From: a virus
Reading direction: 5' to 3' (one strand)
DNA: 64,000 bases
IMG/VR virus record: IMGVR_UViG_3300044959_000303
Location: 32,001-96,000 of that record
Part shown: positions 19,357 to 29,479 of the stretch, in pieces
Numbering within the stretch: position 1 is the stretch's first letter
How the letters are laid out: every line of letters begins with the position of its first letter
The notes under the pieces: generated by a model
Databases searched by the model: none
Seen by the model: the letters and a program-made list of their open reading frames with translations, nothing else
What the model was told of the DNA's origin: nothing
Program-made: the position numbers and the translations under genes

Positions 19357-21750
19357 ATGTTAAATCTTTCTCAACTGGACAGAATCAAAAAAGAATTGGA
19401 AAAATATCCAGAACTCGAAAAAGAATTTCTGGATATTCTCAAGGACTTGAGAAATTCGATTTCGAAAGATCGAAAAAATATGAGAAAAATTTCCGAAAAC
19501 ATGGAATTGTTCCTGAGAAATCAAGGCGAATTTTCTTCCGATATGAAAAAAACCATTGAAGATATAACATATCACATTCACAATGCTTTCATTTTTTCTC
19601 TGGATTATGCCGGTATGATAAACACCTACGAAAAATTGAGAAAAAACATTCTGCAACTTTCCGAAAGTATCAATGAAAATTACAAATTGTTCAGAAACAT
19701 CACGAAAGGTTTCGTTGGTGTAATTTCGAGAAATTCGAAATATTTCGCGGCTTTCATTGGTGCTGTCGATGGCATGGCAAAAGTCTATTCGAGATTTTTT
19801 CAGATCGGTTTCAGTTTTTCGAAATCTGTCGAAGATTTTGTTCTGTTGAGTTCCCGTTTGAGCATGACATTTTCTGAAATTATCGATGTTTTGCAGGAAA
19901 ATTTCACGGTTACCAAAGGAATTGGCATAAACGAACTGGCAAATTTCATTACGAATATTCGAAAATCACAAGACAATCTTGCAGTTTATGGTATCAATGC
20001 CGAAACTCTTTCCAGATTTGTCATAAGATATTTTCAAACATTGGAATTGTTGAATACCGAAAACATGAAAATTACAGATGTCAGTGAAAAAAGAATTGTC
20101 GAACTTGTTCGACAAATGTCGAAATTCAGTACAATGACAAACGTCGATATGGAAGATTTGTTGTATTCCATTCGAAAAAGAATCGAAGATCCATTTGTGA
20201 GAATCGCCTATCGCATGATTCCGGAAGAATCGGCGAGAAATCTCGATTTTCTGAGTACGAGATTTCCAGAGGTTGCAAATGCGATCATGGAATCTCTCTA
20301 TCGAGGAAATCTGGCTTTTTCTCAGGAATTCGATTTGTTGTTGAGAGCAAATCTTCTCGAAGTTGTACAGCAAGCGACAAATCAGGTCAGGGAAGGAACC
20401 TTCGAATCGACGAAATTCATTCGAATATTGAGTTCGAAAGTGAATGAAATCGAAAATATCTCCGAAGATTTGATAAAAAGAGGAGAAATCGATCTGGGCA
20501 AAAGATTGTCGGATCTGGCGCTTCGTTTGAGAACCGTAAATTCGACAGTAGGAAATGTCACACAAACCACGAAAGGTGTCATTCCCGAAATGATCAAGAT
20601 CATGGATTCTACGAAAGCTGAAATTATCGGAAATGCAGCCGAAACTTTCAAAAGCATGTTGGAACTTGTACAAAAAGAAGATTTGAATCGAAAAGCCGCG
20701 AACATTATCGAAAATTTCAATGAAATGACAAAAATCGTGACGAATTTTTCTCCTTCGGTAATCGAAAATGCTGCAAAAACTTCTTTTTTCATTGTAAGCG
20801 AAGCGGCTGAAACAATATATTCGATAATAAAGAAAATCGATGTTATCGATGCTCTGATTTCATCCGGTGTTGTTGCGGGGTCGATTTTTGCTATCAGAAA
20901 ATTTGGAATTTCGAGTTTTCTCGAAATTGGTGCAACTTTGTTGCGTAATATCGAAAACATTGCCATCAAATTCATGAGCAGCATAAAAGTTCCACAGAGA
21001 CTTATCGAATCTTCGGTAATGAACAATCTGTTTTCCGTTTTGAAAAGTACTTTTTCCATAATACAAACAATGACAAGATACGCAATTTCATCTTCATTGC
21101 TTTTATCGAAATATGTAATACCTTCGTTTATCGGAAAATCTGCAAGAATTGCAGGTGCGGGAATTCAATCCACGGCAAAAGCAGCAAAAGCAGCAGGAAG
21201 CACGGCTTTTTCAGCATCCAAAAGATTTCTGACAAAAACTCTTGGTGCACCTTTGGCAATTTTTCTCGAATCCATAGGAGCATCGGTAGAAATTTACGAC
21301 TTGTACAATCGTTATCAGAATGGAGAAATTTCAGAAGAAGAACTCAAAAAAAGAATTTCGATTGTCATAGGATCTTCCATTGGTGGAATTGGTGGTGCAA
21401 CGGCAGGAGCAACAGCCGGTTCTCTCGTGTTTCCGGGAATTGGAACATTGGCAGGTGCCGGCATGGGATATTTTGCCGGAAGCTCGATTGGAGAAATAAT
21501 TTCGGAAAAAATATATGAAAGTATTGCAACAGAAAGCATAAAGGAAGAAATTTCGAAACAGGCTTTACCTTCGAATGAAATGTCGGATCATGTTCAGAGT
21601 ATTCTGAAAGAAGCAGAGCAGATGAAAAAAATCGTTTCTTCTGAACTGGAAAACATGCAAAAGGAATTGAGTCAGACCGAAAGACTTCTGCTCGAAAAAT
21701 TGAAAACCATAAATTCTTCGGAAACTGCAAGATCCTTGATGCCGGATTGA
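19357..21750 (+). CDS. tape-measure-like helical virion protein (paralog 2) with glycine-zipper segment
   Basis: 797 aa; GGIGGATAGATAGSLVFPGIGTLAGAGMG motif typical of tape measure C-termini. Confidence 0.6.
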   Translation: MLNLSQLDRIKKELEKYPELEKEFLDILKDLRNSISKDRKNMRKISENMELFLRNQGEFSSDMKKTIEDITYHIHNAFIFSLDYAGMINTYEKLRKNILQLSESINENYKLFRNITKGFVGVISRNSKYFAAFIGAVDGMAKVYSRFFQIGFSFSKSVEDFVLLSSRLSMTFSEIIDVLQENFTVTKGIGINELANFITNIRKSQDNLAVYGINAETLSRFVIRYFQTLELLNTENMKITDVSEKRIVELVRQMSKFSTMTNVDMEDLLYSIRKRIEDPFVRIAYRMIPEESARNLDFLSTRFPEVANAIMESLYRGNLAFSQEFDLLLRANLLEVVQQATNQVREGTFESTKFIRILSSKVNEIENISEDLIKRGEIDLGKRLSDLALRLRTVNSTVGNVTQTTKGVIPEMIKIMDSTKAEIIGNAAETFKSMLELVQKEDLNRKAANIIENFNEMTKIVTNFSPSVIENAAKTSFFIVSEAAETIYSIIKKIDVIDALISSGVVAGSIFAIRKFGISSFLEIGATLLRNIENIAIKFMSSIKVPQRLIESSVMNNLFSVLKSTFSIIQTMTRYAISSSLLLSKYVIPSFIGKSARIAGAGIQSTAKAAKAAGSTAFSASKRFLTKTLGAPLAIFLESIGASVEIYDLYNRYQNGEISEEELKKRISIVIGSSIGGIGGATAGATAGSLVFPGIGTLAGAGMGYFAGSSIGEIISEKIYESIATESIKEEISKQALPSNEMSDHVQSILKEAEQMKKIVSSELENMQKELSQTERLLLEKLKTINSSETARSLMPD

Positions 21751-21851
21751 AATTGACAATTTTCGTGCAAATTCGAATTATTCGAAAAAAAAGTTCGAAA
21801 ACTGTCGAAAGTCGAAAATAAATATTTTTCGATAACAGGAAAAAAGGTTCC

Positions 21852-23543
21852 ATGGTAAAATACAGAAAAAAAATTCAAGGAAATTACATTCAACAGGCAA
21901 AAAATTTTTCACGGACAAATTTTTTGAATGCAAGCAATGATCTTGGTTTCAAATGGCAGAGTTATCTGCCTCTCATATATGCCGGACAACCTAAAAGAAG
22001 AGAAAGATACAATCAATACGATATAATGGATGCCGATCCGGAAATCAATGCTTCTCTCGATATCATTGCCGAATTCTGTACACAAACAGATCAACCGAAC
22101 AATTTGCCATTTCGTATAAACACTTTCGAGTCCATGTCGGACACCGAAATGGAAATTATCAGAAGAAATTTGATAAAATGGACCAGAATCAACGAATTCG
22201 AAAGAAGATTGTTCAATATTTTTCGAAATACCATAAAATATGGCGACCAGATATTCATAAAACATCCGAAAACCAAAAAATGGTTATGGATAGATCCGGC
22301 AAGAGTAGCATCGATAATTGTCAATTCGGCAAAAGGAAAAAAGCCCGAGTTTTATGTTGTCGAAGGGCTCGATGTAAATCTCGAAACTCTTGTAGCAACA
22401 ACTCCTCCGCCTGCATATCAGCAGACGACCGGCCTGGTGGCAAGATCTCCCGGTCCGGTAACTTACTCTTATCCCAGAATGGATTCGACATTGGGAAGAT
22501 ATACTGCACAAGCTACGCAACCAGCATTTATTGCAGCAGAAAACATCGTTCATATTTCATTGTCGGATGGCATGGACAACAATTGGCCTTTTGGCAATTC
22601 CATTCTCGAATCAGTGTACAAAGTTTTCAAACAGAAGGAACTTCTGGAAGACTCGATAATAATATATCGTGTACAAAGAGCACCGGAAAGAAGAGTTTTC
22701 TATATCGATGTCGGTGATATGTCACCGGCAATGGCAAATCAATATATCAATCGAATCAAAAATCAGATACATCAGAGAAGAATTCCTACCTTCAATGGTG
22801 GTGGTGAAAGTGTAATGTCAACGGCTTACAATCCATTGTCGATACTCGAAGATTACTTTTTCGCACAAAGTGCAGACGGTAGAGGATCCAAGGTCGAAGT
22901 TCTTCCGGGCGGAGATCAACTTGGACAAATCGACGATCTGATCTATTTCGACAGAAAATTGAGAAGAGGATTGAGAATTCCAAACGCCTATCTTCCCGGA
23001 TCGACAGAAGAAGGCGGATCTTATAGTGATGGCAAAGTCGGAACAGCATTCATACAGGAATTTCGTTTCAACAAATACTGTATGAGATTACAACAGGCAA
23101 TAATTCAAAAATTCGATGAGGAATTCAAAAACTATATGAAAAGTTCCGGTGTAGAATTGAATTTCGATTCTTTTGAAATTCAATTTCACGAACCACAGAA
23201 TTTCTCTCGTTATCGTCAAATTGAAATCGATAGTGCACAAGCTTCCGTGTTTACGTCACTTGCAGATATTCCGTATTTGAGCAAGAGATTTCTTATGAAA
23301 AGATTTCTGAATCTTTCCGATGAAGAAATTTTCGAAAACGAGAGACTTTGGGAAGAAGAAAATGAAATCAAGGATGAAGATGATATCGACGATTTGAATG
23401 TGAATTTGCCGGACGTAGGTATACATTCGACAGATATGAATTATTCTGACAATCTGGAAACAGAAGAACCGGAAGAAGACGTAGAAGAAGTTCCCGAAGA
23501 AGAAAAAGTCGAAGAAGAAATAAAAAGTTCTTTTGAAAAATGA
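21852..23543 (+). CDS. gp20: portal protein, T4 gp20-like
   Basis: RYNQYDIMD.DPEI, LLEDSIIIYRVQRAPERRVFYIDVG, EDYFF....GRGSKVEVLPGG motifs. Confidence 0.96.
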   Translation: MVKYRKKIQGNYIQQAKNFSRTNFLNASNDLGFKWQSYLPLIYAGQPKRRERYNQYDIMDADPEINASLDIIAEFCTQTDQPNNLPFRINTFESMSDTEMEIIRRNLIKWTRINEFERRLFNIFRNTIKYGDQIFIKHPKTKKWLWIDPARVASIIVNSAKGKKPEFYVVEGLDVNLETLVATTPPPAYQQTTGLVARSPGPVTYSYPRMDSTLGRYTAQATQPAFIAAENIVHISLSDGMDNNWPFGNSILESVYKVFKQKELLEDSIIIYRVQRAPERRVFYIDVGDMSPAMANQYINRIKNQIHQRRIPTFNGGGESVMSTAYNPLSILEDYFFAQSADGRGSKVEVLPGGDQLGQIDDLIYFDRKLRRGLRIPNAYLPGSTEEGGSYSDGKVGTAFIQEFRFNKYCMRLQQAIIQKFDEEFKNYMKSSGVELNFDSFEIQFHEPQNFSRYRQIEIDSAQASVFTSLADIPYLSKRFLMKRFLNLSDEEIFENERLWEEENEIKDEDDIDDLNVNLPDVGIHSTDMNYSDNLETEEPEEDVEEVPEEEKVEEEIKSSFEK

Positions 23544-23737
23544 ACATGACAAAAAAACATTTCAATTGAATTCGACGAGTTCATGATTCGATTCGAAAAA
23601 CAATAATTTTGTCATTTACGAAAATGTCTGTAATGTAATTTCTTTCGTAATTCGATCTGAAAAGTTTTCTCATGACAAATTCGGCAAAAAACAGAGACGA
23701 TAAATAATAATACAATGATTTCAAAGGATTTTTTTCA

Positions 23738-23935
23738 ATGAAAAACAAAAAGAATCTGAATGAATCTTTTTTCGATTTCAATATCGACATAAACTCGTCG
23801 AAATATTATTCGAATTTGACTTTGAGAAAAATAAACCGTTTGAGAAAAATTTCAATACTCAAAAAAGTCGAATTCAAGAAAAGAAGTAAACTTTTGAGAA
23901 AAATGTACGGCAAAGAGAGCGAAAATGCCTTATGA
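23738..23935 (+). CDS. small post-portal protein
   Basis: LTLRKINRLRK...KMYG motif; GATAAATA late-promoter motif at 23699. Confidence 0.65.
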   Translation: MKNKKNLNESFFDFNIDINSSKYYSNLTLRKINRLRKISILKKVEFKKRSKLLRKMYGKESENAL

Positions 23936-24791
23936 TACACTTGAAATTTCGAACAACAACATATCGATACTCAATTATGATCTGATTTACATATGTTCTG
24001 CTTTATGTCTTCTTTCGTACAAAGAAAAGAAGAACATGGAAGAAATAGAAGAAAAATTGAAAGAATTCGACGTGAAATTGTTGAAAATAATCGATAGAAA
24101 ATCTTCGGAAGCATTCATTTTCGAAAACAAAGATTATTATTTTCTGATTTTCACCGGAACAGAACTGAATGAAATCAATGACATATTGGCAGATTTGAAA
24201 TTCGATTTCGTGAAAACGAAAGAAGGAAGAATTCATCGAGGAATTTACAAATACTATTCTTTATTGTCTTTTTCGATTTTGAAATATATGTTGAAACTAC
24301 TGAAAGAAAACAGAAAACCGGTTGTGATTGGTGGTCATAGTCTGGGGGGAGCCATGGCAGTTCTTGCTGCCATCGAAATTTCGAAAATTGCAGATTGTTA
24401 TGTTGTCACTTTCGGGCAACCAAAACTTGGAGATTTGAGATTTGCCGAATATTATGAACAGAAATTGAATTATATCAGAATAGTAATAGATCGGGACATG
24501 ATTCCAAAATTGCCTCCTTCTCTTTTTGGTTATTGTCATTTCGGTTTCAAGATGATTCTCGACACGAGAGAAGATTTGATGAATAAACATTTTCACAACT
24601 GTGTTGTCAATCTGAAAAATGATTTTTTGAATTTGATGATGTTTTTTTTATTCAATCTGAAATATTTCATGAAAAATTTGTTTTTCGACAAATTTCTTTT
24701 TCTGAAAAATCACAAAATGTCTTCTTATCATTATTTCATCAAAAAGATGCAAAATCTTTTTCTGGTAATAAGAAAAAGTGATCTGGAGTAA
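23925..24791 (+). CDS. class 3 lipase (alpha/beta hydrolase)
   Basis: FTGT, IHRG, GHSLGGAMA nucleophile elbow, TFGQPKLG, D.IPKLPP, C-terminal H. Confidence 0.88.
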   Translation: MPYDTLEISNNNISILNYDLIYICSALCLLSYKEKKNMEEIEEKLKEFDVKLLKIIDRKSSEAFIFENKDYYFLIFTGTELNEINDILADLKFDFVKTKEGRIHRGIYKYYSLLSFSILKYMLKLLKENRKPVVIGGHSLGGAMAVLAAIEISKIADCYVVTFGQPKLGDLRFAEYYEQKLNYIRIVIDRDMIPKLPPSLFGYCHFGFKMILDTREDLMNKHFHNCVVNLKNDFLNLMMFFLFNLKYFMKNLFFDKFLFLKNHKMSSYHYFIKKMQNLFLVIRKSDLE

Positions 24792-24905
24792 AATAAAAGT
24801 ACAAGAACATTATTATTTTTGAAAAAATAAGTAAAAAATATACTTTTTTTGACGAAAAACATTAAATATAAATGTATAAAACCATATTCACTAGCGGAGT
24901 AAAAA

Positions 24906-25988
24906 ATGAGTAAAAGCAAATTAGAAACAATCATGAATCTTTTAGCTGAAGGCAGGGAAGACGAAGCATCCACCATACTACACGAGTGGATAGTTGAAAA
25001 AAGCAGGGAAATTCACAAAAAATTGATCGAAGAAGACGAATCGATGGAAGAACATGATTATGATGATATCGATGAAAAAATCGAAAATCTCAGAGCTGAG
25101 ATGCACGATGAAATAGAAAAATTGAAAGATGAGTTGGAAGATATTCTTGCAAAAGATCATGATGAAGAAATGAATTCCGAAGAAGGAGAAGAAGTTGAAG
25201 GCGAAGAAGTTGAAGGCGAAGAAGATTATTCTGATGTCGACGATATTGCAGACAAAATGACTTCCGATGATGAAGAAATGAATTCCGAAGAAGGCGAAGA
25301 AGGCGAAGAAGGCGAAGAAGTTGAAGACGAAGAAGATTATTCTGATGTCGACGATATTGCAGACAAAATGACTTCCGATGATGAAGGAATGGATTCCGAA
25401 GAAGATGAACGTGAAGAAGATGAACGTGAAGAAGATAAAGAAGATGAAAAACGTAATATGGTGGAACGTGTTCACAAACATGAAAAAGAAATGAAAAATA
25501 TCGAAGAAACAACAAAAAAACCTGAAGAAGACGAAATCGACGAACTTTTGAAAACGATAGAAAAAGAATTGAATGAAAAAGATGACGATGAAAGTGAAGT
25601 CGATACTTCATCTCTTACTCCGGAAGAAATGGAAAAATTCCTGAAAGAATTGAATATTTCCGAACTGGAGGAAGCTTATGAAATGTTGAATGTAAATTTT
25701 CATCCAACCGAGGGTGAAGTTGGAAGCGGAAAAAAGAATGCCGTTGGAAATACACAAAGTCCTCTTCCTCATATGAGTGCCGATGAAAGATTGAATGTAT
25801 CGAATCGTGGAATTCGGTACAAACAATCTTCTCACGTTGGTTTCAACAGAGAACCTGCACCAAAAGCAGAGATTTTCAGTCAGGCGAAGAAATCGAAAAG
25901 TGTAGTCAAAAGTGCCTCTGAATTTTACAGTCCGACAAAAGGCAATTCAGATGCCATTTTGACAAAAGATTATTCTGACGAAAAATAA
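24906..25988 (+). CDS. acidic prohead core protein with internal repeats
   Basis: A..ILHEWIVEKSREIH N-terminus, very E/D rich; between portal and protease; late-promoter-like TAAATA upstream. Confidence 0.7.
   Translation: MSKSKLETIMNLLAEGREDEASTILHEWIVEKSREIHKKLIEEDESMEEHDYDDIDEKIENLRAEMHDEIEKLKDELEDILAKDHDEEMNSEEGEEVEGEEVEGEEDYSDVDDIADKMTSDDEEMNSEEGEEGEEGEEVEDEEDYSDVDDIADKMTSDDEGMDSEEDEREEDEREEDKEDEKRNMVERVHKHEKEMKNIEETTKKPEEDEIDELLKTIEKELNEKDDDESEVDTSSLTPEEMEKFLKELNISELEEAYEMLNVNFHPTEGEVGSGKKNAVGNTQSPLPHMSADERLNVSNRGIRYKQSSHVGFNREPAPKAEIFSQAKKSKSVVKSASEFYSPTKGNSDAILTKDYSDEK
25160..25400 (+). repeat. 111-bp-period intragenic direct repeat
   Basis: Identical block gaagaagattattctgatgtcgacgatattgcagacaaaatgacttccgatgatgaag at 25218 and 25329 (EEDYSDVDDIADKMTSDDE twice). 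Confidence 0.9.
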
Positions 25989-26008
25989 TAAAGTAAAAAA
26001 TAACAAAA

Positions 26009-26036
26009 GAGTGTCGGGGAAATTTCCCCGACACTC
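26009..26036. other. perfect 28-bp GC-rich palindrome
   Basis: gagtgtcggggaaatttccccgacactc equals its reverse complement; U-rich tract only on the minus side. Confidence 0.85.
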
Positions 26037-26064
26037 GGCCCTGAAAAGGGAAAGGAGTTGAATT

Positions 26065-26715
26065 ATGAACAATATGATACTTACAGAAAGAATCAATTGG
26101 AACGATGCCAGAATACAAATTGAAAACACAGATGAAAATGGTAAGAAAAATCTTTTTCTGAAAGGAATTTGCATACAGGGAGATGTCAAAAATCACAATG
26201 GCAGAATATATCCTTCCGAAGAAATAAGAAAAGCAGTCAAACAGATCAACGATCTGGTTTCTCGTGGTGAATCGGTTTTCGGAGAAGCAGATCATCCTGA
26301 CACATTGAATATAAATCTCGACAGAATTTCACATATGGTTGTCGAAATGTGGATGGATGGTTCCAACGGTTGCGGAAAACTGAAAATTATCGATACACCT
26401 ATGGGAAATATAGTGAAAGCAATAATAAGTAGCGGTGGAAAACTTGGTGTTTCCTCACGAGGAAGTGGCAACGTCGATTCATATACCGGAAGAGTAAGCG
26501 ATTTCGAGATAGTCACGATAGATATCGTTGCCAGACCAAGTGCTCCAGATGCTTTTCCGACCCCTGTATATGAAAGAAGAATCATAGATTTGTTGAATTC
26601 CAGAAGAGGAAATATCATCGAAGATTTGTCTTTCAACTACGAGAAAGATAAAAGAGCCAAAGAATTATTGAAAAAAGAGATAAAAAATTGGTTATCGAAA
26701 ATTATCGATAAATAA
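26065..26715 (+). CDS. gp21: prohead protease, T4 gp21-like
   Basis: KNHNGRIYP, GEADHP, RISH, TPMG, LGVSSRGSG, DIVARPSAPDA. Confidence 0.95.
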   Translation: MNNMILTERINWNDARIQIENTDENGKKNLFLKGICIQGDVKNHNGRIYPSEEIRKAVKQINDLVSRGESVFGEADHPDTLNINLDRISHMVVEMWMDGSNGCGKLKIIDTPMGNIVKAIISSGGKLGVSSRGSGNVDSYTGRVSDFEIVTIDIVARPSAPDAFPTPVYERRIIDLLNSRRGNIIEDLSFNYEKDKRAKELLKKEIKNWLSKIIDK

Positions 26716-26757
26716 AGGTAAAGCAAAGGTAAAGCAAAGGTAATGCAAAGGCAAAGT
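26714..26757 (+). repeat. 4 x 11-bp tandem repeat (aaaggtaaagc)
   Basis: aaaggtaaagc aaaggtaaagc aaaggtaatgc aaaggcaaagt in the leader of the scaffold gene. Confidence 0.85.
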
Positions 26758-26795
26758 AAATGCGGTATCAAAAATGAATACAAGGAGATAATAAT

Positions 26796-28142
26796 ATGAG
26801 TGATTTGAAATCATTATTAGAAAATACCGCGCTGAAGGGTATAGACAAAAATCTTCAAGATGCCCTGTTAGAAGCGTGGGAAGAAACAAAAAGAGAAGCA
26901 GAAGAAAAAGTAAGAAAGGAACTTGTCGAAAGATACGAGCACGATAAAGCACAACTCATAGAAACAATGGACAAGTTCTTTTCACAAGCTCTTGAGAAAG
27001 AAGTAGCAACTTTCGAAAATACAAAGAAACAATTGAAAGAAGATTACAAGAATACAATTTTGGAACTTTCGAGAAAAGTCGACGAAGCAAAATCATTTGT
27101 TCGGGAAACTCTTCGAAAAGAGATCGACGAACTGAAAAAAGAAAAAGAAAATCTTGCCAAAGAGAGAGTTCTTCTGCAAAAGAAAATAATGAATGCAAAG
27201 AAAGAAGTAAGGGAACAGTTCGACAGAAATGTCGAAACATTGGAAAATTTTGTCAAAGAAAAACTTGCCAGGGAAATTGAAGAATTTGTCGAAGACAAGA
27301 AGAAATTGAAAGAACAATACGAAAACCTGAAAAGAAAAATGTATGAAAAAGAGAAGAAATTGAAAGAAGATCATTTCAGAAGAATTTCCACACTGGAGAA
27401 ATTTGTAGTTGAAAATCTCGAAAAAGAACTGAAAGAGTTTCAACGGGACAAAAAACTTCTCGAAAGAAGAAGAGTTGAACTCGAAGCTCATGCTGCCAGA
27501 AAACTTCATGAAACAAGAAAAATGTTCATTGCCAAGGCAGCATCGGCTGTCGATAGAGTTGTGTCGGAACATGTCGAAAATGAATTGAGACAATTGAAAG
27601 AAGATTTGAAAGTTGCAAGAGAAAACAATTTTGGTAGAAAAATCTTCGAAGCTTTCGCTCATGAGTATATGGCTTCCTATCTTTCGGAAGGAAGCAAAGT
27701 CAAAGAATTGACGAAAAATCTCGAAGAAATGAACCGAAAGCTCGCCGAGGCTTACAATTCATTGAAAGAAAAAGAAAAGAAATCGAACATTCTTGAACAT
27801 AAATTACAGAAACTTGAAGAATCTCTGAAAAGAGAGAAAACAATCAATCGATTGATTGCACCACTTTCTGTAAAACAGAAGAAAATCATGAGAAATCTTC
27901 TCGAAGAAGTCGAAACTTCGAGACTCGAAGAAGCTTTTTCGAGATATCTCGATACTGTTTTACAGGAAACTTCCGACAAAGATGAGAAAATTACCAGCAA
28001 AGCATTGTTCGAAAATTCTTTCGATGAAAGAAAGAATTTGATCACCGGTGACAAGGAAACATCTTTGTTGGAAGGAAACGAAACCAACGATTCGAATATA
28101 ATCGAGGTAATTACACTCAAAAAACTAGCAGGTATCAACTGA
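26796..28142 (+). CDS. prohead scaffolding protein, gp22-like
   Basis: Coiled coil; RYEHDK, ARENNFGRKIFEAFA.E, terminal LKKLAGI; between protease and MCP. Confidence 0.85.
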   Translation: MSDLKSLLENTALKGIDKNLQDALLEAWEETKREAEEKVRKELVERYEHDKAQLIETMDKFFSQALEKEVATFENTKKQLKEDYKNTILELSRKVDEAKSFVRETLRKEIDELKKEKENLAKERVLLQKKIMNAKKEVREQFDRNVETLENFVKEKLAREIEEFVEDKKKLKEQYENLKRKMYEKEKKLKEDHFRRISTLEKFVVENLEKELKEFQRDKKLLERRRVELEAHAARKLHETRKMFIAKAASAVDRVVSEHVENELRQLKEDLKVARENNFGRKIFEAFAHEYMASYLSEGSKVKELTKNLEEMNRKLAEAYNSLKEKEKKSNILEHKLQKLEESLKREKTINRLIAPLSVKQKKIMRNLLEEVETSRLEEAFSRYLDTVLQETSDKDEKITSKALFENSFDERKNLITGDKETSLLEGNETNDSNIIEVITLKKLAGIN

Positions 28143-28175
28143 TTTCAGTTGAAAAAAAAGAAGGAGAACAATTAA

Positions 28176-29396
28176 ATGCGAGAACTATTATCTGAATCGA
28201 AATGGAAAGCCACGAAAGAAGCACTTCTCGATGGCTTGACCGGAAACAGAAGAAAAGTTATGGACGTCTGCCTTGAAAATACAAGAAAAGATATGATTTC
28301 TCGGGCAGCTCTTTATGGTGCTGGTGTTCCTCTTATGGAAACAGCAACTGCTGGTGCAACAGCATCGGGCAATATCGCAACATTGAACAAGGTCATTCTA
28401 CCAGTCATTCGACGCGTCATGCCTACGGTCATTGCCAATGAAATCATTGGTGTTCAACCAATGACCGGACCTGTTGCCCAGATTCACACACTCAGAGTTC
28501 GTTATGCCGATACCGTTCCAGCAGCTGGTGGTGGTGTAACGGCAGGTACCGAAGCTCTTGGACCATTCGACATAGCACGTTACTACTCGGGTAACGAAAA
28601 TCCCGCAAGTCCAAAAGCTGCACCAACATCTACACTTGAAGGTACACCCGGCAATCGTCTGAGCATTCAGATTCTGAAAGAAACCGTCGAAGCCAGAAGC
28701 CGTCGTCTTTCTGCTCGTTGGACTTTCGAAGCAGCACAAGATGCCATGGCACAGCAGGGTATCGACATAGAGGCTGAGATCATGGCAGCCCTTGCTCAGG
28801 AAATTACGGCAGAAATCGATCAGGAAATTCTGACTTCGCTTCGTGCTCTTCCAACCACGGCATTGACCTATGATCAGGGTCTGGTCAGTGGTACAGCAAC
28901 ATTCGTTGGTGACGAACATGCTGCTTTAGCAGTTCTCATCAACAGACAGGCCAACCTGATTGCAGCCCGTACCCGTAGAGGTGCTGGTAACTGGGTAATT
29001 GTCAGCCCGACAGCTCTCACGATACTGCAGAGCGCAACAACTTCGACATTCGCACGTACAACCGAAGGTGTTTTCGAAGCACCAACAAACACCAAGTTCG
29101 TAGGTGTTTTGAACAGCAGCATGAGAGTCTATGTCGACCAATATGCTTCGGACAATACTCCAGTTCTGGTTGGTTATAAAGGTCCCGGTGAAGTAGATGC
29201 GGCTGCCTACTACTGCCCATACATTCCTCTGACAAGCAGCGGTATCGTACCAGATCCAAGAACCTTCGAGCTCGTTGTATCCTTCCTTACACGTTATGGA
29301 TACATCGAACTCAAAAACACTGCATCATCGCTCGGTAATGCAGCTGACTATCTTGGATTGATCAATATCAATACCGCAAATCTGAAGTTCTTGTAA
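28176..29396 (+). CDS. gp23: major capsid protein, T4 gp23-like
   Basis: LPVIRRVMPTVIANEIIGVQPMTGP, SRRLSARWTFEAAQD, EITAEIDQE, YYCPYIPL, TRYG. Confidence 0.97.
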   Translation: MRELLSESKWKATKEALLDGLTGNRRKVMDVCLENTRKDMISRAALYGAGVPLMETATAGATASGNIATLNKVILPVIRRVMPTVIANEIIGVQPMTGPVAQIHTLRVRYADTVPAAGGGVTAGTEALGPFDIARYYSGNENPASPKAAPTSTLEGTPGNRLSIQILKETVEARSRRLSARWTFEAAQDAMAQQGIDIEAEIMAALAQEITAEIDQEILTSLRALPTTALTYDQGLVSGTATFVGDEHAALAVLINRQANLIAARTRRGAGNWVIVSPTALTILQSATTSTFARTTEGVFEAPTNTKFVGVLNSSMRVYVDQYASDNTPVLVGYKGPGEVDAAAYYCPYIPLTSSGIVPDPRTFELVVSFLTRYGYIELKNTASSLGNAADYLGLININTANLKFL

Positions 29397-29424
29397 CAAA
29401 GTTCCAGAACTCTTCTTCACACAC

Positions 29425-29458
29425 AGAAAGCCCGGAAATTTTCCGGGCTTTCTTTTTT
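29425..29458 (+). terminator. intrinsic terminator after MCP
   Basis: agaaagcccggaa-att-ttccgggctttct followed by a T-run. Confidence 0.85.
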
Positions 29459-29479
29459 GCTTTTTCTGTTTGTATTTTT

